A DNA stretch of 63,992 nt from the IMG/VR virus record IMGVR_UViG_2061766007_000208; one strand, written 5' to 3'. The position numbers were made by a program, and so were the translations under genes. Below the pieces are notes generated by a model. That model ran no database searches. It worked only from the letters and a program-made list of their open reading frames with translations, and was not told where the DNA came from. Below are positions 22,333 to 33,331 of the stretch, piece after piece (position 1 is the stretch's first letter; the number at the start of each line of letters is the position of its first letter). This stretch comes from an uncultured virus (IMG/VR IMGVR_UViG_2061766007_000208) (lineage: Duplodnaviria > Heunggongvirae > Uroviricota > Caudoviricetes).

Positions 22333-24367
22333 CTATCCGAGCAGCCGCTCCATCAGATCATCGTTCGGATTGCTGCTGCCGATGGGTGTCTCGCAGTTGT
22401 CTTTCACGATCTGATAAATCTGCAGCCATAGCACATTGGCCTGCTTCAAAAAAGAAATGCCCATATTCACATACGGGCTGGCGATCGGAAGCTGTGTGGT
22501 CGGGTGCTTGGCCAGCAGGCCATACTGGTTAATGCCTTCCTCGCACTGGATCCANNNNNNNNNNNNNNNNNNNNNNNNNNNNNNNNNNNNNNNNNNNNNN
22601 NNNNNNNNNNNNNNNNNNNNNNNNNNNNNNNNNNNNNNNNNNNNNNNNNNNNNNNNNNNNNNNNNNNNNNNNNNNNNNNNNNNNNNNNNNNNNNNNNNNN
22701 NNNNNNNNNNNNNNNNNNNNNNNNNNNNNNNNNNNNNNNNNNNNNNNNNNNNNNNNNNNNNNNNNNNNNNNNNNNNNNNNNNNNNNNNNNNNNNNNNNNN
22801 NNNNNNNNNNNNNNNNNNNNNNNNNNNNNNNNNNNNNNNNNNNNNNNNNNNNNNNNNNNNNNNNNNNNNNNNNNNNNNNNNNNNNNNNNNNNNNNNNNNN
22901 NNNNNNNNNNNNNNNNNNNNNNNNNNNNNNNNNNNNNNNNNNNNNNNNNNNNNNNNNNNNNNNNNNNNNNNNNNNNNNNNNNNNNNNNNNNNNNNNNNNN
23001 NNNNNNNNNNNNNNNNNNNNNNNNNNNNNNNNNNNNNNNNNNNNNNNNNNNNNNNNNNNNNNNNNNNNNNNNNNNNNNNNNNNNNNNNNNNNNNNNNNNN
23101 NNNNNNNNNNNNNNNNNNNNNNNNNNNNNNNNNNNNNNNNNNNNNNNNNNNNNNNNNNNNNNNNNNNNNNNNNNNNNNNNNNNNNNNNNGTAGCTGACTC
23201 TCCTGTATGGCATCTGCAATCTCCCTCCGCTCGGGCCTGCAGGTATAAAGAAAGCTCACACGGATCTCTCCGTGTGAGCTTTTTGTGGTCTTTCGCTATT
23301 GTAAGGATATCATACTGCTTGACTCCTTTTTACTCCTTTTTACTCCACTTTACTCCTGTCTTTTCAAAACGACATCGAGGTTTTCCTTTGCTCTCTTGTG
23401 AAGTTCAAAAATCCAGGATTCGGAATAGCCCATTTCTGCCATGATTTCGTCCCATCTGGCTTCCTGCACATAGCGCAGCATCAAGAGCTTAGACAGATCT
23501 GGGTCCTCTATCAGATCGATCTGGGCTATCAGCGTATTACGTTCTTTCTCCAATTCTGCGATTTCACGCTCCAGATCGACCTCCCGGCATACCGCATTTT
23601 CTATGACCGATGCGGCTGGGCTAGGATTGTGCGGCATGCCGGTCAGGCGGGAGGAGGAGATCTCTGCTTGGTCAGTCAGTGTGTCGATCTTCGTTCTGCG
23701 GTAATCGATCGCTTTTCGGATTCTGATGATTCTTTCCAGAAGAGTTCTTGCTGTCATAAGTCTGCCCTCGATAGTTCTTCGATCAGGTATTCCGGGTNNN
23801 NNNNNNNATAGCTGACTCTCCTGTATGGCATCTGCAATCTCCCTCCGCTCGGGCCTGCAGGTATAAAGAAAGCTCACACGGATCTCTCCGCGTGAGCTGT
23901 TTGTGGTCTTTCGCTATTGTAAGGATATCATACGATACGGGTCTCATTTAGTCTCATTTGGTCTCATTTAGTCTCATCTTTCAAGAGCAGGTCGAGGTTT
24001 TCAATTGCAATCCGATGCAGGCGAAAGACGTGTGCGCGGCAATAACCCATCTCCGCANNNNNNNNNNATACAGGGCATACTGCTCGATCAGTTCCTTTTT
24101 CACGTAGATTGCGCAGCCGCGTTCGTCGAGCCACTTCCAAGTCTCTTCATAGAGCTGAGGCGCGAGGTTCTGTTGCGAATTCTTCGTGACCTGTTTCAGA
24201 TACTCGGAGACCGGCGGCATATCCTCACCGTGCATGCCGGTCTCCTTCATCCCGAACTGAAGCTTTGTGAGCGGGGCCTTGCCGGGATTGCCGTCGATAA
24301 TCTTTTCTGACAGCGCCTTTTTCTTTCGCCCGGCGCCGGGGCGGGCACCGCCATGACCATTTGCCAT
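22333..24367 (-). CDS. terS: Terminase small subunit (P27-like), split by scaffolding: N-terminus 24068-24367, C-terminus 22333-22554
   Basis: GGARPGAGRKKK...GNPGK; WIQCEE...GLLAKHPTT...ASPYV; DDLMERLL. Confidence 0.8.
23321..23356 (-). repeat. Four 10-bp-period direct repeats (core GGAGT), putative late-activator binding site, allele 1
   Basis: gactcctttt tactcctttt tactccactt tactcc, overlapping the stop codon and just upstream of TATGATATCCTTACAAT. Confidence 0.8.
23350..23757 (-). CDS. RinA/ArpU-like late transcriptional activator, allele 1
   Basis: Coiled-coil N-terminus, TGMPHNPS, LLMLRYV...WDEIMAEMGYSESWIFELHKRA (sigma region-4-like HTH); lies in the HNH/terS neighbourhood. Confidence 0.8.
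   Translation of the reverse strand: MTARTLLERIIRIRKAIDYRRTKIDTLTDQAEISSSRLTGMPHNPSPAASVIENAVCREVDLEREIAELEKERNTLIAQIDLIEDPDLSKLLMLRYVQEARWDEIMAEMGYSESWIFELHKRAKENLDVVLKRQE
23941..23977 (-). repeat. Four 10-bp-period direct repeats (core ATGAGAC), putative late-activator binding site, allele 2
   Basis: gtctcattta gtctcatttg gtctcattta gtctcat at the equivalent position. Confidence 0.8.
23964..24057 (-). CDS. RinA/ArpU-like activator, allele 2 (3' fragment)
   Basis: Translates to AEMGYCRAHVFRLHRIAIENLDLLLKDETK*, with a nearly identical downstream leader to allele 1. Confidence 0.75.
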
Positions 24368-24494
24368 CCGCGCCGCCTCCTTTTCGCTTGATAACTTGAA
24401 ATCGCAGGGGTATTCCTGCTCTTGATTTCCCGAAAACTTGTATGTGACCCCCCGCCGTTGTCCAGGTTATCAAGTTTTCAAGATTGAGATGCCC

Positions 24495-24842
24495 CTACCG
24501 GTCGCCGAGATCGTGGTGGATCTTGGTATGGCAGCTCTGGCATAGCGACATGAGATTATCATCTGCGTGCGTGCCGCCGCGGGATAAAGGAACAATGTGG
24601 TGTACCTCTTCCACGAGTGTGACGCGACCTTCTTTGAGGCACTGTTCACACAGGGGATGCTCAGCAGCATAGCGTGCACGTATCCGGTGCCATGCTCTGC
24701 CGTACTTGCTGGCCGTGTGCGGGGCGCGTTCGTACCGATCGTACTGCTGGCGAGCCTGCTTTCGGTGCTGCTCACAGTAGGTGCCGTCAGTCAGATTTGG
24801 GCACCCGGGGTATGCGCACGGCTTTTTTGGTTTTTGGGGCAT
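24495..24842 (-). CDS. Terminase-associated HNH endonuclease
   Basis: CAYPGC, HPLCEQC, VHHIVPLSRGGTH..DNLMSLCQSCH; immediately upstream of terS. Confidence 0.92.
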   Translation of the reverse strand: MPQKPKKPCAYPGCPNLTDGTYCEQHRKQARQQYDRYERAPHTASKYGRAWHRIRARYAAEHPLCEQCLKEGRVTLVEEVHHIVPLSRGGTHADDNLMSLCQSCHTKIHHDLGDR

Positions 24843-24916
24843 TTGGTTTGTCCTTTCTGATCTTCTCCCGGAGCCAGAAGCGGACGATGTACCAGCATTG
24901 CTCCGGNNNNNNNNNN

Positions 24917-25082
24917 GGAAATGAAACCACTGAGACCGGAAGAACTGTTCGACCTCACGCTTTGTGTACGCCGCGCTCGCATAATACGGGTTTCGCCGGA
25001 GCTGCCGGAGCGCCTTTTGGTAATCCTTGGCGGCCTGGATGATGATGGCATTTGCCAGGTTCTCATAGGAAGTGTCCATCAT
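24917..25082 (-). CDS. Conserved hypothetical phage protein (5' fragment)
   Basis: YENLANAIIIQAAKDY...EVEQFFRSQWF. Confidence 0.6.
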
Positions 25083-25374
25083 GATCTGCCTCCGATTCTT
25101 CCAGAGCCGCCCGCACATCCTCGACATTGTAAACGACCGCCGCGATCCCGCCAGCTTGTCGAATTTTGTCGATTGTGGCCGCCTGCAGCTTTGTCGGCTT
25201 GTTTCTGCCGACTTTCGCCTCCAGCGCGATGAAGCGGCCTTTGTGGCAGACGATGATATCCGGGATGCCGGCGGTGCCGTACTGTCCGCCGTGCTCCTTC
25301 CAAAAGAAGCATTCCGGCACCGTGGCGAGGTATTTGCGGATTCTCTGGATCAGTGCTGCTTCATTCATACGCAT
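25063..25374 (-). CDS. VRR-NUC domain nuclease
   Basis: GIPDII...FIALEAK...PTKLQ PD-(D/E)xK pattern. Confidence 0.88.
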   Translation of the reverse strand: MRMNEAALIQRIRKYLATVPECFFWKEHGGQYGTAGIPDIIVCHKGRFIALEAKVGRNKPTKLQAATIDKIRQAGGIAAVVYNVEDVRAALEESEADHDGHFL

Positions 25375-25485
25375 TTTCTCCTTCGGGTGTGAGGTGTTAG
25401 CCATTGTGAAGCTATTTCTGATTCTTTTTCTATATCTCTTTCTCACAAGCGGCTTTATAGAAAAAAGCTTCACAGACATCACACC

Positions 25486-27654
25486 TCACAGTCGTGACGC
25501 CTGCCCGCGAATGACGAAACCGTGCCACTCCAGTAGGCCGCTGCCTGCGATGCGCTTTTTTTCAAAGCCCATCTCGATCAGCTTTTGACTAAATGGCCGC
25601 TGGGACAGAGCATACTCGCCGTTGTCCTTGCACCATTCATCATAGGCGGCGCGCAGCATTTTATTGGAGGTTCGGCCGTCTTCTCGCACAGCACAGCACT
25701 CTTCAAAGAAAGTCGCAAACGAATCCATCTCGGTACGGTACTCCGCCGTCGCACGTTTCACCGTGTGAGGGTCCTGAATGCCTTCCTGCTGCCAGAGAAG
25801 ACAGCCTTTCACCGCCCACGCGAGGATCCCGGGCATTTCCTTCGCCATGATCTTTTCGGCAAAGCGCTTGTCCCGATTTGCCTCCGTAAACGTGTTCTCG
25901 AAAGGCATGAGCTTGATCCGTCGCCAGATCGAGTGGGTTGTATCCCGGATGATCGGCTTGTGGTTCGCCGCCAGAAAAACCTTGAACTGCGGAACGTACT
26001 CGAAGTACTCGCCATACAGGAAGCGGGTCACCAGCTTGTCTCCGCCGGTCATGCTCTTGATCAGGGATTCGGCGAGGCGCTTGTTTTCTTCCATCTCAAT
26101 GGCCGTGACAAACCGGGCACCCTTGAGCCGTGCGATATCGTTATTGACGCTCTCATTTTTCTTCTGCAAAAATGCTTCGCTCGATGCGCTCTGGGCGTAG
26201 GTGTTCATGACCGCAGAGAAGATATTGAGAAACGTGCTTTTCCCGTTGCTGCCGGTCCCGTAGAGCACAAACATTACCTGCTCGGAGGTATCGCCAGACA
26301 GGGCATATCCCAGGGCCTTCTGCATATACCGGATCGTGTCTGCATCGCCCTTCGTAATCGTCTCCAGCAGAGTGTCCCAAAGGGGCGTCGGGCAGTTTTC
26401 GTCATAGGCCGCGCTGCAGATACGGGTGATGTAGTCTTCCTTGTGGAAGGGCTGCAGCTTGCCGGTCCTGAGGTTGATTGTTCCGTTCTGGCAGTTGAGC
26501 AGCCACGGATTTGCATCCCAGTCGTCAGGACTGATTGCCAGATCGCGCATGCCTGCCGCAAGAGCAATAAGAAGTTTGATCTTGTTTCCGTTTTCACTGC
26601 GGGTCGCATGTTGGATCAGAGCTTTGCGCTGATCTCCCTCCGGGAGCATATCTGCGTAGGTATAGATGCTTCGGACACACTGGATCGCGTATTCTACGAT
26701 TGTGCCTTCGTCCTGCTCCCAGTACTTGCCGTTCCAGACAAACCATTTTTTATAGACGGAGCAGTATTTGACGTCATCCTTGAACATGGACACAAAGCGC
26801 TCGGCGTTCCCAACGTCCGTCAGCTTGAACTTCGGATCCTGACCGTCCGGGTCATAACGGGAGATACTCTTGGCGATAGCAACTACGGTCACATCATCGA
26901 GGGGCGGATCCAGCTGCCCGGCATTCTCTGCGCGGAGTGTGGCGATGATTCCGTCTTCGCCGACGCCTTTTCTACGCAGCGATCCGGCCAGCGAGGCGAG
27001 GTGATTGTTCCTGCCGCCTTCCTTGATCTTTTTGCGCGGGGTCTTTTCCGCCGCCTTTTTCTTCTGCGTGAGCTTGGTGCCGACTTTGCGGATCTCATCT
27101 ACCAGCCAGCTAGGCATCTCTGCCGCCTCGCACTCGAAAGGCGAAAGCCCTTCGTCCCAGGCATAGCGCTTGCCGCTCTGGTGCATACTGGGTGCCGCGA
27201 CGATCAGGCCGCCCTGGGTCCGCACATCGAGGCCGTCCCGGAAGCCGACTACGTTTTTGAGTGCCAGTTCCTCCGTATATCGGAAAACATAGTGCTTGCC
27301 GCCGCTGCCGGTCGTGGCCGTGATCGTCTTCGGAAGCGGGCCGTACTCCGCAATCAGATCATTCAGGCTTTTATCTCCGTCGTGACGGGTGTCCACGTCC
27401 AGCGCCACCAGACCACTCTTTTCACCCATCGGGATGCCGATATTGGCCAAGGGCGTCTGACTCCACCAGCCGGTGATCTTGGCCACATCGGTCGTAGCCT
27501 CATCGCCCCAGTTCTTAATGCGCGGGTGCTTGCCCTTCGCCTGGCACATATCTCCGAGACGACAGGAGCAGGTGCCGTCCTGCTTGAGCCAGTGGAGCGG
27601 GAACACGGGAATGCCTGCTTTCGCATAGCGCAGGGCTTCATCAATCATCTTCAT
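25486..27654 (-). CDS. Bifunctional Prim-Pol + PriCT + P4/D5-type helicase (phage primase)
   Basis: ANIGI, LDVD, TGSGGKH, EGGRNN, TDVGNAERF and GTGSNGKST. Confidence 0.93.
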   Translation of the reverse strand: MKMIDEALRYAKAGIPVFPLHWLKQDGTCSCRLGDMCQAKGKHPRIKNWGDEATTDVAKITGWWSQTPLANIGIPMGEKSGLVALDVDTRHDGDKSLNDLIAEYGPLPKTITATTGSGGKHYVFRYTEELALKNVVGFRDGLDVRTQGGLIVAAPSMHQSGKRYAWDEGLSPFECEAAEMPSWLVDEIRKVGTKLTQKKKAAEKTPRKKIKEGGRNNHLASLAGSLRRKGVGEDGIIATLRAENAGQLDPPLDDVTVVAIAKSISRYDPDGQDPKFKLTDVGNAERFVSMFKDDVKYCSVYKKWFVWNGKYWEQDEGTIVEYAIQCVRSIYTYADMLPEGDQRKALIQHATRSENGNKIKLLIALAAGMRDLAISPDDWDANPWLLNCQNGTINLRTGKLQPFHKEDYITRICSAAYDENCPTPLWDTLLETITKGDADTIRYMQKALGYALSGDTSEQVMFVLYGTGSNGKSTFLNIFSAVMNTYAQSASSEAFLQKKNESVNNDIARLKGARFVTAIEMEENKRLAESLIKSMTGGDKLVTRFLYGEYFEYVPQFKVFLAANHKPIIRDTTHSIWRRIKLMPFENTFTEANRDKRFAEKIMAKEMPGILAWAVKGCLLWQQEGIQDPHTVKRATAEYRTEMDSFATFFEECCAVREDGRTSNKMLRAAYDEWCKDNGEYALSQRPFSQKLIEMGFEKKRIAGSGLLEWHGFVIRGQASRL

Positions 27655-28093
27655 GGATTTCCTCCATTTCTTCGGTGAAGTACCGAATATGCTTCTTCAG
27701 CCGCTTGGCCTCATGGATCTCCGCCTGCATACCGGTTGAGTACTCTCTTCCAAACACCCAGACTTCTCTGCACAGCGAGAGAAGCACCTGCCCGAAAAGC
27801 AGGCCGAGCTCACGTTCTTTTGGATCGTTGTCGTCCAGGATCCTCGGGTACAGAAGATGACTCGCTATGGGAATACATTTTTTGCTGATGACAAAGCGAC
27901 AATAGCGGATGGCTGCTCTTGCGTTTTCTTTCACATCTCTGGCATATTTCGAAACGACATATACCCTTGGCCGCTCTTTGATCTCTTGCTGCTTACGGGA
28001 AATGCCCTTCTGCTTTTCTCGAAATTCCCGCATCATTTTGGCTACCACAGCGCCTTCCGTAGGATTCGCGTATCCTGAGTGATTCTTATACAT
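27641..28093 (-). CDS. DUF4406-like / nucleoside-deoxyribosyltransferase-fold protein
   Basis: VYVVSKY, PIASHLLYP, LLSLCREVWVFG...STGMQAEI. Confidence 0.6.
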   Translation of the reverse strand: MYKNHSGYANPTEGAVVAKMMREFREKQKGISRKQQEIKERPRVYVVSKYARDVKENARAAIRYCRFVISKKCIPIASHLLYPRILDDNDPKERELGLLFGQVLLSLCREVWVFGREYSTGMQAEIHEAKRLKKHIRYFTEEMEEIHEDD

Positions 28094-28096
28094 AGC

Positions 28097-30460
28097 TCAT
28101 ACCTCCAATTCTCGGAGCTTGCCAAAGCAGGTGCCATGCTCGCCTTCGGCCACGATAGGGATATCAAAGGCGGCGAAAGGATTGCGCTCCATAGCCGCGC
28201 GGATGATCCGGATCGCTTCCTCTTCATGGCCATCATCCACCTCGAAGAGCAGTTCATCGTGGATCTGCAGAATGGGCCGGATATATGGCTTGTCCCGCAG
28301 TTCGCGGATCAGTTCGGCCATGGCCAGCTTCAGGATTTCTGCTGCTGTGCCCTGGATCGGCGTATTCATGCTGCAGCGCTCAGAAAAGCTCCGCTTTCCC
28401 CAATCCCCGCGATTATTGATATTCGGGAGATAGCGCCGCCTGCCAAAGGACGTCTCGCTGTAGCCGTTGAGCCTTGCCGCTTTGACCGTCGCTTCCTGCC
28501 ACTCTGACAGCTGGGGATAACCGGCTTTCAGATTGGCGATGATCTGTGCACATTCATCCTCGCTCTTTTCGAGCCCGGCCTTGAACTTGAGCGTCCGCTG
28601 CAGGCCGCGAGGAAAAAGGCCGTAGAAAGTGCCAAAGTTCACGTTTTTGGCGATCGTCCGGCGTTCCTTGTAATCCGGATTATCCTTGTCCTGCGCCTCA
28701 TCGACGCTGATCCCGAAAATGACCGAAGTCGTGCTGGCGTGAATATCTCCGCCGCTGCGGTAAGTCTCCATCATGAAGGGATCCCGGCAGTAGAACGCCC
28801 CGACACGCAGCTCGATCTGGGAGAAATCAAAGTCGAGGAAGGAAGTGCCTTCCGGCGCGATCACGAACTGCCTGACGCCGATCGGGTCCGATCCTTTGCG
28901 GGGCATGTTCTGCAGGTTCGGCTTCCTGGAAGCAAAGCGCCCGGTATCCGTGCCCATCGGCATGAGGTCCGGATGAATTCTGCCCGTCGCTGGGTTGATC
29001 CACTTCAGGTACCCGTCAATGTATGTGCTCTTGATCTTCGCCCATTTCCTGAATTCCTGGACGGTATCAAAGAAATCGACCATCTCCGGGCGATGCTTTT
29101 TGCAGTAGGCACGCAGAAGCTGAATCGCCTCATCGTCAGCCGCCTCAGCATATTTGGTTGTCGTCTTCAGCACCGGCAGGCGCTCAGTCTTATACAGGTA
29201 GTCCTTGAACGCATGGGTCCCGCAGTTTTCCCCGATGTCCACATCGCCGATGACCGCCTGCAGCTTTGCCCGAAGCTCAACGAGATGCGCCTCGGCTTCA
29301 GCCTTCTTTTCCGCCATGAGCTCAGTATCGAAGAGGACGCCGTTGTACTTCATCATGCCGGTGAAAACCGCCGTCGGGCTTTCGATCCTCTCACAGATGA
29401 AGCGGTGCGCCGGGATGTTGTTCTCAAACCAGTCATTGAACGTTGACCGAAGCTGCAGCGCCCAGTCGCTGTCTGCGCAGGCATAGCGGCAGGTATCCCA
29501 GGCGTCGGGATCGAGTTCATCAAAGCTGTGCTCCTGTACCACTTCTTCGAAGGTCGGGAGCTCGAAGCCGTAAAGATACGGCACCAGCTTCTTGAGACCG
29601 CTGTCCGAGAGATCCCGGTACTCAAAGTCATTCTTCAGGGTGAGTTGGGAGGCAACGATCGTGTCGTACACCGGCTCCTGCAGCACGATCCCGTACTTGT
29701 ACAGGAACATCGCCTCGAAAGCCATGTTGTGAGCAATCTTGACCACGGCCGGATTCTGAAATACGTGTACGCGCAGGTACTCCATGACAGAAGGGATGTC
29801 GGCGTTGACACCGATCCTGTGGCGGAGCGGGATATAGATGCCGGTGCCTTTTTCGACAGAAATCGACACGCCGGTGATATCCGCCTTATGNNNNNNNNNN
29901 GTAGAGATATGGCACCAGCTTCTTGAGCCCGCTGTCCGAAAGATCCCGGTACTCATAGTCGTTCTTCAGGGTGAGCTGCGAGGCAACGATCGTGTCATAC
30001 ACCGGCTCCTGCAGCACGATCCCGTATTTGTACAGGAACATCGCCTCGAACGCCATGTTGTGAGCGATTTTGACCACGGCAGGATTCTGAAATACGTGTT
30101 CGCGCAGGTACTCCATGACGGAGGGGATATCCGCGTTGATGCCGATCCGGTGGCGGAGCGGGATATAGACCCCGGTGCCTTTTTCGACAGAAATCGACAC
30201 GCCGGTGATATCCGCCTTATGNNNNNNNNNNGTGGATCACGCCTTCAAGCCAGTCAGGGAGCGTATCGTCGTTATTGGCCTTGAGTTCTTTGACCGTTGC
30301 GCTGAGGGTNNNNNNNNNNCGCATCCAACGCGGCATACTCCAGGTCTCTGTATTCCTCGGTCGGCGACGTCTCAAAGTCAAAGGAGATCACGTCCGCACC
30401 TCCGAGGTATGCTGCAATGTCCGCTATATCACGGACCGTCTTATAGTCTTGCTTTTGCAT
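28097..30460 (-). CDS. Family A DNA polymerase with 3'-5' exonuclease (fragmented)
   Basis: FDFET (ExoI), TGRFAS..PNLQN, DFSQIELR, R..AK.VNFG..YG, NTPIQGTAA and QIHDEL. Confidence 0.95.
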
Positions 30461-30542
30461 AAACAAACTCCATTTCTGGGCAGATATGGGATCCGATTGT
30501 GCAGACCCCATATCTGCAAATTCCTGACGATTACGCTAACGC

Positions 30543-31259
30543 TTACTCTGCTGCTGTCTCGGTCTCAGCGACAGCGACCTTGCCCGCGATGAGCTTGACC
30601 TGCTCGGTCATGGAGGCGATGTTTTTCTTCTCCTCAGGGGAGAGGGGGCGATCCACCGAGCAAACCACCTGGCTATAATTGATACCGGTGCTGTTCTGCG
30701 CCCGCTTCAGGCTGAACTTGGTCACAACCTGATTCGCCTTCATGCCCTTGGTCACAAGGCGGGTGACGTACTTCGTGAACTCGCCCAGGGAGCCGGTGGG
30801 AAGGGTCATGATGATCGGGAGCATCTCGCCTTCACGCAGCAGGTACATGCGGCGCTTCTGCTTGCAGGCCATGCCGCCGTTCTCGCCGCTGCCGAACTTG
30901 GCATACGGGCAGGTCTTGCAGTCCCTGCATTCGCCGGTCTCCGCAATGATGCCGAGCTTGCCGTCCATGCTGGAACAGTCGGGGGGATTGCTGCCGCCGT
31001 TGAACTTGTCCTTGTAGTAGCTGTTGATCGGGTGGTGGTAAAGGATGACGGCGGAAAACTCCTTGGCGCTGTCCGGGCTGGCCGGATCGTCTCCGGGCAC
31101 CTCATAGGCAAGGCCGCCGCCAGCCGGGATCTTGATGCGCTCGAAGCTGGGACGCAGGCCGTCCAGCTCTTCGCTGAACAGTTCCGCGAGATTTACGGTT
31201 TCGGTAAGATAGCTGCTGTTCTCGACAACAGTGAGTTCGGTGTTATTCTTGGTAGCCAT
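30543..31259 (-). CDS. Phage replication-module protein, possibly ssDNA-binding, with a Cys cluster
   Basis: PPDCSS...CRDCKTCP...MACK; directly upstream of the polymerase and followed by an 11-bp hairpin at 30480-30517. Confidence 0.5.
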   Translation of the reverse strand: MATKNNTELTVVENSSYLTETVNLAELFSEELDGLRPSFERIKIPAGGGLAYEVPGDDPASPDSAKEFSAVILYHHPINSYYKDKFNGGSNPPDCSSMDGKLGIIAETGECRDCKTCPYAKFGSGENGGMACKQKRRMYLLREGEMLPIIMTLPTGSLGEFTKYVTRLVTKGMKANQVVTKFSLKRAQNSTGINYSQVVCSVDRPLSPEEKKNIASMTEQVKLIAGKVAVAETETAAE

Positions 31260-31276
31260 GATACTTTTCTCCTTTT

Positions 31277-31808
31277 TCACTTTTTAGATTTGGATACGCG
31301 GATGCTGGGCTGCTCGAAAATACGGATCACGCCTTCGAGCCAGTCAGGAAGCGTATCGTCGTTATTGGCCTTGAGTTCTTTGACCGTTGCGCTGAGGGTC
31401 TGGGTGTTGATGGTAAACAGGTGATCGAAGCCGTGAGACCGCATTCTGCGGTAGAGCTCTTCTTTCTCCTCCGGCACCGCGCCGGGGTATTCCTTGATCA
31501 CGAGACTGAAGCGAATACCGTTGCGGTCGAAGCCGGTGCACTCCTCATCCGTCATCATCTGAATGAGCTCTGCCTCGGCNNNNNNNNNNTTCCGGCACCG
31601 CGCCAGGGTATTCCTTGATCACGAGACTGAATCGAATACCGTTACGATCAAAGCCGGTGCACTCCTCATCCGTCATCATCTGAATGAGCTCTGCCTCGGC
31701 AGCGTCGATCCCTTCCTGGACCGCCTTGAGCTGCGCCTGCAGCTCGGATTTCTGATCGCGCAGAGCCTTGAGCCTGTCTGCAGCGGTGAGCATCGTGTTT
31801 TCTGTCAT
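31277..31808 (-). CDS. Hypothetical phage protein (allelic fragments)
   Basis: Coiled-coil N-terminus MTENTMLTAADRLKALRD...; C-terminal TINTQTLSATVKE. Confidence 0.55.
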
Positions 31809-31812
31809 ATCG

Positions 31813-32576
31813 TTATCCTCCGAGAATCTTCTTGTAGTCGTCGACGAGCAGCTTCGAGACATCCGCTTTCTGCTTCAGTGCGCCCATGACCTTTTCATCG
31901 ATGGTGCCTTTGCAGACCAAATGGATGTACACCCCGCGCTTCGTCTGGCCGATCCGGCGCACCCGCGCCATGGATTGCTGATAGTTTGCATAGCTGAAAT
32001 CCAGCGAGTAGTACACGCAGACACTGCCTGCCGTGAGCGTGAGTCCCATGCCGGTGGTCTGCAGCTGCCCGACNNNNNNNNNNTGATCTTCTTGTAGTCG
32101 TCGACGAGCAGCTTGGAGACGTCCGCTTTCTGCTTCAGAGCGCCCATGACCTTTTCATCGATGGTGCCTTTGCAGACAAGATGGATGTACACGCCGCGCT
32201 TCGTCTGGCCGATCCGGCGCACCCGCGCCATAGATTGCTGGTAGTTTGCATAGCTGAAATCCAGCGAGTAGTACACGCAGACGCTGCCTGCCGTGAGCGT
32301 GAGTCCCATGCCGGTGGTCTGCAGCTGCCCGACAAACACCCGGATATTGGGGTCTGTCTGGAAGGCTTCGACCTGTTCGGCCCGGTCTTTTACATCGCCT
32401 TTGATCAACGCGTACCCGATATCCTTCTTTTTGAGCATCCGGGCGATTGCTTCGATCTCCGGCACGAAGCGGGCGAAGACAATGACCTTTTTGCTTTCCT
32501 CCATACAGCTGTCGATCACATCTTCCAGCGCGTCGAGCTTGGCCATCGAGAGTTGCTGGGCGTCGCCGCCATCATC
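31813..32576 (-). CDS. SNF2-family helicase, C-terminal fragments
   Basis: KVIVFARF, GMGLTLTA, YQQSMARVRRIGQ and GTIDE. Confidence 0.88.
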
Positions 32577-33331
32577 NNNNNNNNNNTGTGAGCGTGAGTC
32601 CCATGCCGGTGGTCTGCAGCTGCCCGACAAACACCCGNNNNNNNNNNNNNNNNNNNNNNNNNNNNNNNNNNNNNNNNNNNNNNNNNNNNNNNNNNNNNNN
32701 NNNNNNNNNNNNNNNNNNNNNNNNNNNNNNNNNNNNNNNNNNNNNNNNNNNNNNNNNNNNNNNNNNNNNNNNNNNNNNNNNNNNNNNNNNNNNNNNNNNN
32801 NNNNNNNNNNNNNNNNNNNNNNNNNNNNNNNNNNNNNNNNNNNNNNNNNNNNNNNNNNNNNNNNNNNNNNNNNNNNNNNNNNNNNNNNNNNNNNNNNNNN
32901 NNNNNNNNNNNNNNNNNNNNNNNNNNNNNNNNNNNNNNNNNNNNNNNNNNNNNNNNNNNNNNNNNNNNNNNNNNNNNNNNNNNNNNNNNNNNNNNNNNNN
33001 NNNNNNNNNNNNNNNNNNNNNNNNNNNNNNNNNNNNNNNNNNNNNNNNNNNNNNNNNNNNNNNNNNNNNNNNNNNNNNNNNNNNNNNNNNNNNNNNNNNN
33101 NNNNNNNNNNNNNNNNNNNNNNNNNNNNNNNNNNNNNNNNNNNNNNNNNNNNNNNNNNNNNNNNNNNNNNNNNNNNNNNNNNNNNNNNNNNNNNNNNNNN
33201 NNNNNNNNNNNNNNNNNNNNNNNNNNNNNNNNNNNNNNNNNNNNNNNNNNNNNNNNNNNNNNNNNNNNNNNNNNNNNNNNNNNNNNNNNNNNNNNNTGCC
33301 GGTACCCATGTCCATAAGGAAGGCACAGCCT

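Noticed and set aside
22555..23189. ORFs made mainly of X residues (also 32638-33296 and 34904-35363)
   Set aside because: Artefacts of translating N-runs.
23321..23977. Short repeats as a CRISPR array
   Set aside because: They are 10-bp tandem units without spacers, and no cas genes are present.
25585..27678. Long plus-strand ORF of 697 aa, and similar antisense ORFs such as 20852-22414 and 16289-17485
   Set aside because: Shadow frames of GC-rich minus-strand genes with clear motifs; they have no recognisable domains of their own.
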